From Neoconidiobolus thromboides FSU 785 (Eukaryota > Fungi > Entomophthoromycota): DNA of 64,000 bases. Positions 1 to 12,244 of the stretch are shown one piece after another. Within the stretch, counting starts at the first letter, position 1. Each line of letters starts with the position of its first letter. The position numbers and the translations under genes were made by a program. The DNA is taken from positions 1-64,000 of the forward strand of contig MU626285.1 in the NCBI GenBank assembly GCA_025603075.1. The letters are read 5' to 3'. A model generated the notes under the pieces. It was not told where the DNA came from. It saw nothing but the letters and a program-made list of their open reading frames with translations, and made no database searches.

Positions 1-4
1 AAAA

Positions 5-973
5 ATGGCTTTAAATACTATTCCAAAAGAATATAGGAGTGTAGCTATTGTAGGTGGTACTGGTGAGCTTGGAAAATATATTGTTAGAGAATTTCTTAAA
101 CATCAACAAGTTAATATAAGAATAATTACCAGAAAAGGGAGTAACAATAAAGACGGCCTACTATCCGAATATAAATCTAATAATGCAGCAATTTATCCAG
201 TTGATTATAATAATATAGACAATTTAAATGAAGCTTTTAAAGGAATTGATGTCGTTATTTCAACTATAGGTAGTGAAGGGTTATCAACTATACAAAGCAA
301 TTTGATTAAAGCAGCCGTCAGTTCCAAGATCAAATTGTTTATACCATCCGAATTCGGTAGTGAAGTTGAGGGTAAAACTAATCCATTATTTTTACAAAAG
401 ATCGAAATTCGAAATCAAATTAAAGAATCTGGTTTGAATTATATTTATTATACCAACGGTTTTTTTATTCAACACATTATTACTGACTTTTATGGTATTG
501 ATATTAAGAATTCTAAGGCTCAAATTGTTGGTAAAGGAGATACTCAATTCACAGTAACTAGTTTGAATGATGTAGCTAAATTTGTTTATCAAACTTATTA
601 TTTATCAGTTTTTAAGAATACCACCGTAAATATTGTTGGTGAAAATACAACTATCAATAAGATATTAAAAGATATCACCAAAGTTACTGGTAAAAAGTTT
701 AAAGCAACTCATATTTCGTTAGCTGAGGTACAAAAAGTTTTGGATAATCCAAATATTGATTTCTTTGGTAAAATATCATATTATCTTCGTAAAGATATCG
801 AATTAGGTGATATTAAGTTGCCAAGTAATCATAATGATTTAGTAAATTTCAAATCTACTTCAGTTCTTGATGTTGTTAAAACTAATTATGCCAAAGTCTC
901 ATCTTGCTCTAATACTTTATCTACTTTTTGTACATCTTTAAAATCAAACAAGTTGCTTAACTTCTTTAAATAG
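5..973 (+). CDS. NmrA-like / isoflavone reductase-family NAD(P)-binding oxidoreductase (atypical SDR)
   Basis: 322-aa ORF with N-terminal Rossmann motif VAIVGGTGELG, DVVISTIG and the family-typical FIPSEFG motif. Confidence 0.85.
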   Translation: MALNTIPKEYRSVAIVGGTGELGKYIVREFLKHQQVNIRIITRKGSNNKDGLLSEYKSNNAAIYPVDYNNIDNLNEAFKGIDVVISTIGSEGLSTIQSNLIKAAVSSKIKLFIPSEFGSEVEGKTNPLFLQKIEIRNQIKESGLNYIYYTNGFFIQHIITDFYGIDIKNSKAQIVGKGDTQFTVTSLNDVAKFVYQTYYLSVFKNTTVNIVGENTTINKILKDITKVTGKKFKATHISLAEVQKVLDNPNIDFFGKISYYLRKDIELGDIKLPSNHNDLVNFKSTSVLDVVKTNYAKVSSCSNTLSTFCTSLKSNKLLNFFK

Positions 974-2018
974 AGATACATTCATATTAAATAAATAAAT
1001 TTTAATCTTTTATTAATCTTATATTAGCTTTATTAATTATTTATTTCTAATTTAAGATTATTAAATACTAGTTAAATTAATAAAACTTTGTTGACTATTT
1101 TAAAATGAATTTATTATATAATATTATTAGTTATCATAAACAACTAGACAGTTTTTGTCTTGTATTGGATTTTATTCCAAGTCTTATTTACTACTTTGAT
1201 ATTGGTTGATATTTTGTAGCTCGTTCATGTCCAATAAATGCCTTATACTACCATTTAAATAGAAGCTCAGAGCAAAGAGGATTTGCTAAAAAATTGTTTG
1301 AAAGTAAATTGAGCTGAAATAGAAAAACCAATTCTTGCATAGTTACAATATTTTGTCTAGTTTGCCTGAATTAATAGTAACCGTGTGTCTTCAATGGTTT
1401 ATATTTTAGATAATTCTGATACTTGACATAACCAATCGGAGTTATTTATCACTTACCTAAAGGCCTTTTTCATAAACCATGTTCACATCCTATATATGGA
1501 ACACTGTTGCTTAAACTTATAATCATAAAAAACTTTAAGAATTGCTATTGTTTGTGTTCATTATTCTATTCCTTTCAGTTTATTTTGGGTGGAAATTTAT
1601 TTTTTTCCGCCAATAATTTTTTGGTAAATTACTTCAAACACAAAGTTTATCTTTATGCCCAGAGAGTTTTTAACTCTTTAAGCTGTCACAAGTCTATTTA
1701 AACACAATTTGCGATAAGCTTTAAAGCTAGCAATTTACTTATTTGGTTTTTTAATGCCTAATCTGTATATCTTTGGCTAATTTTAGCAAAAAAATTATCT
1801 TAATTGAACAATTAGTAAAGTCATAATCAAACTGCAGCTGCTGCAACAAAAAACATGGATTGCCAAAAGAATAAACATACTACAATCTACGTTGGATCAT
1901 TTAACCCTACAGATTACCAAAATTGTTAATACGCCACAAATTCATAAAAAATTAAAGTGTTCATTGAAAAATTGGTTTTTTGTTTATATTATATTTCAAA
2001 ATAGTTCATCTATAAATT

Positions 2019-3246
2019 ATGGTGGATTATCATGGCCAGGCAACTAGTTTAATTGGAAATAGAGAATCTCAGGTAGGGACCAATTAATTTATTTTTAAAC
2101 TTGTATCACAACATACAGCTATTTTAAAAATAACTTAATTTTTATTCTTATTTTTAGCAAGACGATTATTTGATTGATAATAATGTTTTTGGGGATAAAA
2201 GCTATGCTTTGTATGCAGTATTTGACGGCCATGGTAAAGATGTAAGTTTCTGCTCAATTAAACGAGATAAATGAACTCTTTAAAAATAAAACTAAGCGGC
2301 TAAATATTCAGTTAAAAATAATTAACATTATTTTCTCATAATTAGGGCGCAAAAGCTTCAAAAGGAGCAAAAAAGCGGTTAAAAGAATTGATAAGTAGGA
2401 GGAAAGAGGCGTTTATTAAAGACCCACGTACTACGCTGCATAATTTATTCCAAGATATAGGGGAACTTTTAGAGGAGGATGTTCAAATGGATCTTTATAT
2501 GAGTGGAACTACAGCAGTCGTTGTAGTTTTAAATGAAATTGAAATATGGGTAGCTAACCTTGGTGATTGTCGAGCGATATTAGGAAGAACTCTCAAAAAA
2601 GAAGCTTCTACTTCTTATAAATGTGTAGTATTAACTAGGTAATTTATTTTTGTTTTAAAAACAATATGGATCTTATTTATGAAATCAAAAGGGATCATAC
2701 GTGCTCTGATATTGAAGAAAGGAATCGTGTTGAAAAACTAGGGGCTAGGGTGGCTGTATCTCCAGATCACAATGCACCGGACGGTAAATTAATTTAACTT
2801 TGATAAGGATTTGACATAATATTTTTAGCCCCTTTTAGGCTTTATAAGGGCACTCTACCTTATCCAGGGTACTTTTGTTTTATTATGTATTTTTTAAATT
2901 AAGTATTTTATAGCTTAGTAATGACAAGAGCATTTGGTGATGTGTCAGGTAAAGTTATCATAAAAAGGTATAAAACAAAGTATAATAATTTTAAATAGCA
3001 AAAAAAGTCGGGCTAATATGGGAGCCCGAAATATTTCATTATAAAATAACGGCAGACGATAAAGCCTTAATTTTGGCAACCGATGGAGTTTGGGATGCAT
3101 TGCCGAATGAAAAAGTGATTCAAATTGCTTGTAAATATTCTAATGAAGCGGAAGCTTCTGAAAACTTGGCGAACAAATCACTTAAATATTTAGGCAAAAA
3201 ACAAATTGATGATAATGTAACAAATATTGTGATATTTTTAAAATGA
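2019..3246 (+). CDS. Protein phosphatase 2C (PPM family), 7 exons, catalytic domain only
   Basis: Spliced by eye with GT-AG introns. ATG at 2019 (MVDYHGQATSLIGNRESQ|QDDY...). Motifs AVFDGHG, SGTTAVV, VANLGDCRA, RDH, GLVMTRAFGD, ILATDGVWD and DDNVT. Stop TGA at 3244-3246. Confidence 0.9.
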
Positions 3247-3654
3247 CAATTTAACGAAATTGATTATCTCTGTAAAGTTTTATCAATATGTTTTAAATGT
3301 TATTTTGTGTTTGTAATTATAAATACTCAACGGAAGCCATTATATCTATTTTAATAAAGTATTAGATGAATAAATTGTAATAGTAAGTTTTTGTAATTTT
3401 AAAGTTAAATGACACCAAATATCATTAACTTACTTTTGTGAATAATATGGGGTTCATTTGATAAAATCTTCATATAAGTCAAAATGAGTTATTTATGGAT
3501 ATAGTTTTTTTATTATTTAAAAAAGTCATCAGTATAGTTATAAATATATATGTTTTACAAGTTTAGTATTTAATAAAGCTATAGCACAGCTTTTTGATGG
3601 TTAAAGTATTTAATATAAAAACGAATATCAAAGCCATCAAAGTCTTACATTTTA

Positions 3655-3756
3655 ATATGGGGATGTTTTTTTTGTTTAAGGATTCTATTGACAATCTTTC
3701 CGCTCAAATAGCGCTTAAAAACCAAAAAGTAATGAAATCAAAAAAACACCCCATAT
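3655..3756 (+). mobile_element. ~98-bp MITE copy (GGGGATGT..ACATCCCC family)
   Basis: atat|ggggatgt...ccgctcaaatagcgcttaaaa...acacccc|atat. Confidence 0.85.
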
Positions 3757-4469
3757 AATATTTGATGTGTTTGATACTATGAAAGCCTATAGTTCATGTA
3801 ATATGAAATATTTTATTTTTCTTATACATTGCATTACCTTTCTAAACATAAATAATATTGTAATAAAGCATCACTATAGTTTAAAGATACTATAACTAAA
3901 AAATGTATGTTCTTATCATTATATAAAGCGTTTTAGATTATAAAGTATTTGAATGGTAGCTAAAAATTGATATGTCATAATAAGGCTGAATTTTAGTAAA
4001 GTCAAATTTAATCAAACTACTTCGTTAATTTAGGAACATTTTTTGGTTACTAGATTTTTCTTTATGAAAATAAGCTTTTGAGCTATAATATTTGATACTT
4101 TATATAATTCAGAGTTTAAAATATTAAATAGTATCATAATAGCAAGTTATTTATAATAGCTAAACTCTTTTGTTAAAATAATATCAACTTGCTAATATTT
4201 TAAAGCATGCCAAGAAATTAACATTTTAATTACTATTTAAATTGTTTAACATAAAAATGTGAGGAAAAAAATCGTTAAATCCCATCTTATCTTAGTAATT
4301 TAATTGGCTGCTTCACTCATTTAGGGACACAAATAAAGCAATATGGCATAAATCTATTAAAATTCCAACGTTCATATGGAACATTATCTGTTTTTTTTAT
4401 CTTCAACTAATTGACTTAATTAACCTTTTTGAAAAAATTATTATCAGCTTGACCATCTCTATATAATAA

Positions 4470-5004
4470 ATGAAAATTTACCTCTTAGCCTATTTTATTT
4501 ATATTGTTGTTTGTCAGAAGGCTCAAGACCTGCCTTCTAGAACTATAGACCAGGCACCCACAGATGTCAAAATCATTGATAAAGCCTTTCCTACTGAACA
4601 TCTTGTGAAGGCTGTAGAAGAGGCTACAAGTGAGATAAAAGTAGAGACAGTGACATCTGTGGCATCTATAGATGAAGATATTTACACTACTGTATCCACA
4701 GTTTATGTAGATACTAAAGGAAATGTATTGAAAGATTATAAACCAGTATCAACAGATCAAGGATTAGAAACGTTAAAAAACGCAGGTATAGGTATTGGTG
4801 TGGTAATAGTTGTTGTATTAATAGGGATATTTATTTTGCGTAAATGGAAGTTTTCAGTAAGTTTTATATCAATTCAATTTATTTTTACTAACAGTTTTAT
4901 AGCCAACAACAAGGTTCCGCCAAAAGTTAGAGAATAGCCAAAATTTTGCGCAACGTAGTAATGAATCGGATACAATGTTTTTGCGGGAGTTACATGCACC
5001 ATAA
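4470..5004 (+). CDS. Signal-peptide, single-pass membrane protein (2 exons), function unknown
   Basis: Hydrophobic N-terminus, Thr/Val-rich ectodomain, TM GIGIGVVIVVVLIGIFIL followed by RKWK. Intron 4857-4902 (gtaagt..ttttatag) gives the C-terminus FSPTTRFRQKLENSQNFAQRSNESDTMFLRELHAP*. Confidence 0.75.
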
Positions 5005-5828
5005 AATGGCTTTTTTATTACGGATATAAGCTGGCGAGAGCCTTTAGTCTATTCTTGTAATTCAACTATAACAATTTACTTAATAATCATATAATATAAT
5101 ATTTAGATTCATCTAGGTATTTGTACTTATCCCAAATTGTTTATACTCTTCACCTAACCTCCTTTCCTCTAATCTTTCAAAATATAAAGTAATAAATTGA
5201 TTCAAAAATAGATTGGGTATTTGTTTTAAATCTGCTAGTTATATTGATTTCAGAAGATTATATGAATAAGAAAAGAGATGACTAGCATGTCCAATTAAAA
5301 CCAGGTATACGATGGAATATATGAATCTGAATATAATATATTGAGCTATTTATATATACTCACTTAAATTTGTTACAAATAACTAGTTAATTCGAGTATA
5401 AACTACCTCAAAGGCTCAAGTTATTAAATATGATTGATAGAATCAATGATATTCACGTGGTGAAATTTGAGTGTTTTTGTTGATAATACATACTTTGCTT
5501 TTGCTTTTGCTTTTGCTTCTAAATTTCAAGTTATATTATCAAGAAATATATATCTATGCATACATATAGGCAATTGTATCGATACGAACAGCTGTATAAT
5601 ACAAGGTGTTAATTATCAGAGAGTTTATAGCGAGACCCTAGTTAATAAATTAAAGATATACTTTCTTTCAGCATCTAGATATTTTGTTATCAAATATTGC
5701 TAAATATTTTTTATAACCTTTTGAAAAGTGTCAGGTTTATTAGCTTGTGCTAACTTTGAAAACATTTTAAGTATATATAAATGGGCTTTAAAAGTGATAT
5801 CATCTGATATGTTCAAATACGTTTTATT

Positions 5829-7136
5829 CTATGTACTACTTATCCTTTCTAAACAAAATAACTTTACCTCAAATCCGATTTTAATGGTTTTTACTTCTAT
5901 AATTTTCCAACACACCTTTATATGATCATATTCTAAACACCGTTTTAAAAGTGGATGATCTAAAGTTACTAGAAACGCTCCCCCGCCAACTTTAACTATT
6001 CTAGATAACTCTTTCATAAGTTTAGGATATAGCTTAGAGCACATATTACGTGAGCCTATAATAAACAATTAAAAGTCACTTGTTGAACTTTATTCAAAAT
6101 TACCTTCTCTCATTCCCCAAGGGAGATCTAAAATAGTTTTAAACCTGTTTCGATTTTAACATAAAAAGTTACCTGATATGACTTTATCAACAGAGTTTGA
6201 TTTAATCGGTAAGGACTTTGAGTTCCACTGTATTAATTCCACATTTTTAACTTTCGAATATTTAATATTTATGCAAGCTTTTGAGTAAATCGAAGACTCT
6301 TCAATATCTCCAGCTAAATAATAAGCTTGTGGTTGGTAAGAACAGCTTGCTTCTATAGGTATAGTGCCTACCCCACAGCATGGGTCTAGAACTATGTCCC
6401 CTGGCTTTATACCTGCATAACGAGATAAGCAGTAAGCAATAGTTGGCTTTATTGAAGTTCTGCCAGATTCGATTCGGTTTCTTCGTAAATAAGAGCCATT
6501 GTTTAGATTTAATTTTGTGTTGATGATTCCCAAAACTAAAGTTAAGTACCCCTCTGAAGATTTTGTTGGAATCAAATCAGCTGAAATATCAAGTTGATGA
6601 TATTTCAAGTCAACCTTTAAATTAGTAAAATTAATTTGATCAGAGCTTAAAGCGGAAAATCCAATGAATCCAGCAATATCCTGTGATTTTAAATTGGGAT
6701 GCTTAAAATTGTTTTTATCAACTGAAACTCGAAATAAAGTTTCTTTATCCTTTAGTTTTAGGGTTTTGAAATAAACTGTCCAATCTTGCAATGTAATGTC
6801 ATCTAAAGATTGCTTTAATAATATTGAAAAATCATTATCTTCCTTTGATTCGCTTTGTTCTAAATATATATGCCTATCTATTTCAATCGTTTTAATTATT
6901 AGACCTATCGCTTCAACTGAATACAGCCGTAAACTCTCAATCCTTTCCCAAAGTAAATAAATGATTTCTTGATCTAAAATATATATTTGAAACATAATTA
7001 ACCCAATTGCATTTTGAATTTTAAATTCATTTGTTGATGCTATAGAAGATATCAATGGACCCACTTTTTCATTGATTTCTGATAAACTTATGTCTTCTAA
7101 ACCCTTGGGAACTCGAAATCCAATTGTTAAATTCAT
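5829..7136 (-). CDS. THUMP-domain SAM-dependent RNA (guanine-N2) methyltransferase, THUMPD3/THUMPD2/Trm14-like (3 exons)
   Basis: THUMP-like region (FRVSVDK..VDLK), SAM motif VLDPCCGVGTIPIE, and spliced VISD-LPWGMREG-SRN motif joining ORFs 6156-7136 and 5829-6068. Confidence 0.85.
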
Positions 7137-7343
7137 TAAAAATTGAATATTTGATTGAAAAACCTATTTTATACTAATCAATTTTTAAAATCAATTTAAA
7201 CTCAATATAGTACATGTTAAAATGAGTTGTAAACACACATTGCTTAAATTAAAACTGGTAGTATTCTTGATTTTTATCACAAATAGAGTAAAATTTATGC
7301 TCAAAAAACATTTATTACCCAAAATAAAATTAATATCAATACA

Positions 7344-9437
7344 TTACAAAATATCATCAGCTATCGAAATGAACCCTGAGTCACCAAGATCATTTTCTGC
7401 CATACATTCAGTTATAACGCTAGCGTGGCGATAAATTACTTCAAGTGGCGGAACTGGTGGCCTATTTTGAGAAACTAAAAACTAAGTAAAGATAGATAGA
7501 TTGAGAACAATACGAGTTCCTTACCAAAAATTGCTCCTATAACTTCATTGACCAAGTCTTCTCTTCTTTTTACATCCATAACATAAGATGATGCGCTATT
7601 GGAAGGTACCTGGTATGCGAGTAAAGAAAATATCTCCTATTGAAATGGTTAGAATATTTTCAAAAATCAAACAATACTTGATATACTTGAAGGAGCTCAG
7701 TATTTGACTCTTCTTCACCAAACATCTCTTCCAACTGTTGACCAAAAGAAAGAATAGCTTCAACTTTACTTTTCCTTATGGTTGTCTTTGAGGCTAACCC
7801 GTCATGGTCGTTTGTTTGACGTTTTCTTTTATCTGAGGCTGGGGATGCCATTTCAGAACCAGGTATATCATCTGTATTACCTTGCTCACGCTTTACTAAT
7901 TCTTCAAGTTCAATGATCATTTCTACGAATTTTTGGCAACTCATTTGAAACTTTAAATCAGGATGATCGTTGAATAATTTAGAATATCTATTATCAATTA
8001 ATTGAAAAGCAGAATCAATATCTCCTTTTAAAATAAAACTTCTCAACTCTAAAAACCTTTTAACACTTTCAAATACACTTATGCATAAAAACTTTACCTT
8101 GTCGATTAAGTATGTCTTCTTTATTATCATTACTTAGTTCCGCCTTTACTTTCTCTACAACTTGATTTTGTACACTATTTTCTTCAATTTCTTTTTTTGT
8201 ATTAATTGATTTATCTTCGGTAACTTCAATCCCTAGTGCGTTTTTAGCGAAGCATCTTGCAGTATTTGAGTAGCCATGATGTACAAGATATGAGGTTATT
8301 AAAATATTAATTGCTGATGTCGTATGGTCTGCAGTTTCTTCAAGGTTTACGTGATTTTCTTGCGAATTTATGCTAGAAGATTTGATAGGGGATAGTTTGA
8401 CTTGAGATAAGTCCAATGTAATATGCTCATTATTAATCTGTTGCCATAATAAATTCTTTTGTTCCTAAATTATATATTGGATTAGAATAAATAAAAACAC
8501 GTAATGTTAATCCTACTTGGTAATAGCATTCTATATCAAATTTAAAAGGTTTTGAACCAAAATTCATGCCTACTTTTTCATTAGGTGTACTTAACCCTAC
8601 ACATGGGTATATTTCATTAGAAATATTTTCAAATGCTTTACCTTTAATAATATTTAAAAAAGATCATTATAAAAAATATATTCATACCTAAAAACCTCCC
8701 ATTTTTAGTAAAAAAGGCGGTGTTATCATAAAAATTAACCCCACACCCTATAATATCATCTTTTGTAAATTTTGGGCCATATGATGCTCCAGAGCCAGTA
8801 CAATTAAACGTATATCCATCATCTCCATGATATCCCCAAGAAGTAGGCTCCCAACCTAAAGATAAATAAGCTCGAATAAATCAAAAACGGATTAAAAAAC
8901 CTGGTAATCTATTTAGCCTTACGGTTTGTTGACAAAAGCCAATCCCTATAAGACTAAAATTGTAATTAGATTAAAATTAATAACTATTATTTTGTTACCC
9001 TTTTCTTCCTTTATCTAAGATTTCAACTTCAAAATAATATATCCCGCTTTGAGGTGGCATTGTATAATCAGCACGAACTGATCCCACTTCGGTATCACTA
9101 TTCCCAGGACCTTAAAAACTCAGACAAAAATCTTTATATAGTAGGTCTATTACCTGTATAAAGCGCTCTTTGACCAGAGTGAGAAACTTGTAAGTTGTTG
9201 TTGCTATCCTTTGAGTTTAAAGAGGTAGGGAAATAGCTTAGATTATGGTAATCGCTATTTTCTTCGACATTTTTCTTGATTAACCAATCCATAAATGTTT
9301 TATTTTTTTTCAAATAAGTCGGTAGTAGCTTTGAGTTTGTAATAGCATTTTTGATATATATAGTATTGTTTGCCACTTCCTAAGGATTTGTTAATTAAAT
9401 TAAATTCATAATTGATCCGATAAGTTACTTTGTCCAT
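7344..9437 (-). CDS. RanBP9/10 (Vid30/Gid1)-like SPRY-LisH-CTLH-CRA subunit of the GID/CTLH E3 ligase, multi-exon
   Basis: 9-nt first exon ATGGACAAA at 9437-9429. SPRY exons (IPPQSGIYYFEVEI, PGFFNPFL, WEPTSWGYHGDDG), LisH (ILITSYLVHHGYSNTA), CTLH (ILKGDIDSAFQLI) and CRA C-terminus ending ADDIL* at 7344. Confidence 0.85.
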
Positions 9438-10301
9438 TATAAATAACAATACAAGTACTAAAGTTGATATAAAATATTTGAAAATGATGAAATGTAATCG
9501 ATTTATAACTTATCTCTTTTATGCGTTTTAAAGCATAATTTCAAAAAATTGCTCTTTTTCACTAGTTTTTAGACAATATTTCCAAAAAAGGGCTTCCTTT
9601 AGCATGGATTCCTTAAGCTATTCCATTTACCCAAAGATTGCAACTAAGTATCAAACAAATATAGGTATATAGATATCTTTGAACAGCATTTATATGCTCT
9701 TAGCCATCAACATTATCAATTTTTAAAATGCTTTAAGATGAATAATGTTTCTGCTTTCAAAAATATATATATCGTTTACTTTAACTATTATGATATAAAG
9801 AGTTAATTAACATCTATTTTTAACTTGTCTACTATGACATATCAATATCATCTAACCATGAGTTTGGTACGAAGTTTTATTAATGTTTTTAATTTGGGGT
9901 ACATAAATAATTACTAATTACTTACCTAAACTTATAAATTTATTATTACTTACATTTAAAGGCATTCATATTCTCTTTCTATTTATTCCATTTATACAAA
10001 GATTAATGAATATGATAGTTAAACGATGTTATTCAAGATAAACATAGTTTGCCGATGTAATCTATTTAGGGGCCATCATCCTACACTATACATGATAAAT
10101 GACATTTAGAAATACTATACTTCTAATTGTATTCATTAAAAGTATTGTAACACCAGAGCTTTGTATAAAATCATGAAAATATAGTCCATAATAAAAGGGT
10201 GTAGATGTAAATAAAATGGTTTGATCATAATGATCGACGTGATTTTATTATAAAGTAAAGATAAAAGTAAAATGTATATTATAAAAGCAGTAGGATACGA
10301 A

Positions 10302-11387
10302 TCATTTTTTAAAAGTAACAAATTCCTTTGTTAAAACTTCTCGGTATTTTGATAAATCAATACCAAAGTATGAAAACAAGGCATCCCTCCTTTCTTGCTC
10401 ATTTTTCAGAATAAGCCTATCAACTTTGCCATCACTGTGGATGATTTTGATTTGATTATCAAACATTCTTACTAAGCAAGGCTGCGAATCGACCACAATA
10501 AACTTCCTTAATATCAAATGCTGACTAAATGGATGAGTGGTATCTAACACCATATAATAATTTAAATGCTTGATGTCATCTGGTAGAAAAGGCTCGATTG
10601 TAAAGAAAAATAATGGCTGCCATAAAAGTCTTTTGCCCTCCACTGTGCCATAATATTTATCATCAATCGTGTGGTAGGGCACATAATTACGAACCAGATA
10701 GAAGGGTTGGGCATTAACATTTGATAAATGAGCAAATCCAGGCCCATATCTTCTTACAATTTGTAACTTGGTGTTATCAGTTAAAATAGCCTCAGGATAT
10801 TCATCATCGTCTAATATATCATTATGGATTGGAACTGGTTGGAAATTTCCAATGGCTCTATACCCTACGTCTACTAAATACTTTTGCTCATCTAACAATA
10901 CAATCATTGCACAATGACGCATTCCACCCATAGCTACCACTCCTTCATCTCTAAATTTATTTTGATCAACTACCCGGCAACCAATAGTGTGTACCTTATA
11001 TCCTAAGCATCCAATCACATAATAAAATAGCAAGTTGTGTTCAAAGCAATAGCCATCTCTTTTTTCTACTATCAATTTCTTGTATATATCTCTAGGCCCC
11101 AAGCTTACTCCTTTTGTAGTATGTAGGTCATTAGGATTAGAAGGTTCTTCTTGCTCAAAATTAATATCTTCTAAATAGTAAAAATATGAAGTATTTCCAT
11201 ATGGAATGGAATTTAAATGTAATGTCATTAGTTCCTTTAAGGTTTCTAAGTTGGCTGGTGGTAGTTCTGTTTCATTATTGCCTTTAATAAAATTTATCCG
11301 CTTTAAATAGCCTACCAATTGCTCAGAGGTGTATTCACTGACTCTGTCATTATAATTAAACTCAAATAATCCGTTTCCTTTGGTCAT
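10302..11387 (-). CDS. Arylamine N-acetyltransferase (NAT family), intronless
   Basis: HLNSIPYGN motif and Cys-His-Asp triad contexts RDGYCFEHN, RHCAMIV and YLVDVG. Confidence 0.9.
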   Translation of the reverse strand: MTKGNGLFEFNYNDRVSEYTSEQLVGYLKRINFIKGNNETELPPANLETLKELMTLHLNSIPYGNTSYFYYLEDINFEQEEPSNPNDLHTTKGVSLGPRDIYKKLIVEKRDGYCFEHNLLFYYVIGCLGYKVHTIGCRVVDQNKFRDEGVVAMGGMRHCAMIVLLDEQKYLVDVGYRAIGNFQPVPIHNDILDDDEYPEAILTDNTKLQIVRRYGPGFAHLSNVNAQPFYLVRNYVPYHTIDDKYYGTVEGKRLLWQPLFFFTIEPFLPDDIKHLNYYMVLDTTHPFSQHLILRKFIVVDSQPCLVRMFDNQIKIIHSDGKVDRLILKNEQERRDALFSYFGIDLSKYREVLTKEFVTFKK

Positions 11388-12137
11388 TTTTAACTCTTTA
11401 ATGGTCTAAATTATTGGTATATATAATCTCTTTCTTTTATTGATGTCTATTTAATAATAGATAGAATTAACAAATCAATTTATTAATCATTGCTTTTATA
11501 TCGCTTCATTTCTTAAGAATTTTTATCCATGAATATAATCATGACACGCTTTTAGTCATATTTATAAATGTATATTCCTATCCGTATATCTAGATTATTA
11601 ATGTTAGGAATTAGTTTAATTATGCTACGCATTTAGCAGAAATTAAAATCAAAGGGATCCCATTGATTTAAAAGGATAGGTAGACAATTATGACCAATAT
11701 TAAATGGGTTGAATTTTTGTGAATGTATTCCGTTTATAGGTTTAGTCATAATTTGTCTAAAGCAACTCATATTGAAAAATACAAATAATTAGTTGGAATA
11801 AACAGATGATATCCTTTGTTCTTCAAAGTGGTTTTATTTATTTATCTTTCCCGTATTAGGACAGTATTTTCCCAAAAAATTGAGAAGTTAATCAAATAAA
11901 AAACGACATAACCAGTCAAAAGATAAGTAAAATTACTATCAACCTGTTGAAGAAGGGGCTCCTGAGCTTAAACTTTTATTCAAATTTAATAGAAGTTTAT
12001 CCTATCCGAAGAAGTAAAGAAGAAAATAATAATGGAATAATGTTTCGGATCATTATCATCCTATAATTAGGACTTTTGTTTTATATTTCCTGTGAGAGGT
12101 AAGCTGCTCATATAGTTTAAATCAAATCTCATTTTTT

Positions 12138-12244
12138 ATATGGGAGTGCTTTCTTTGGTTTCAGTATTTTTTCCATTTTTTAAGCGCTATTTAAGCGGAA
12201 AATTTGTTAGTAAAATTCTTAAACACAAAAATACATCCCCATAT
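12138..12244 (-). mobile_element. MITE copy
   Basis: atat|gggagtg...taagcgctatttaagcggaaaa...tacatcccc|atat. Confidence 0.85.
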
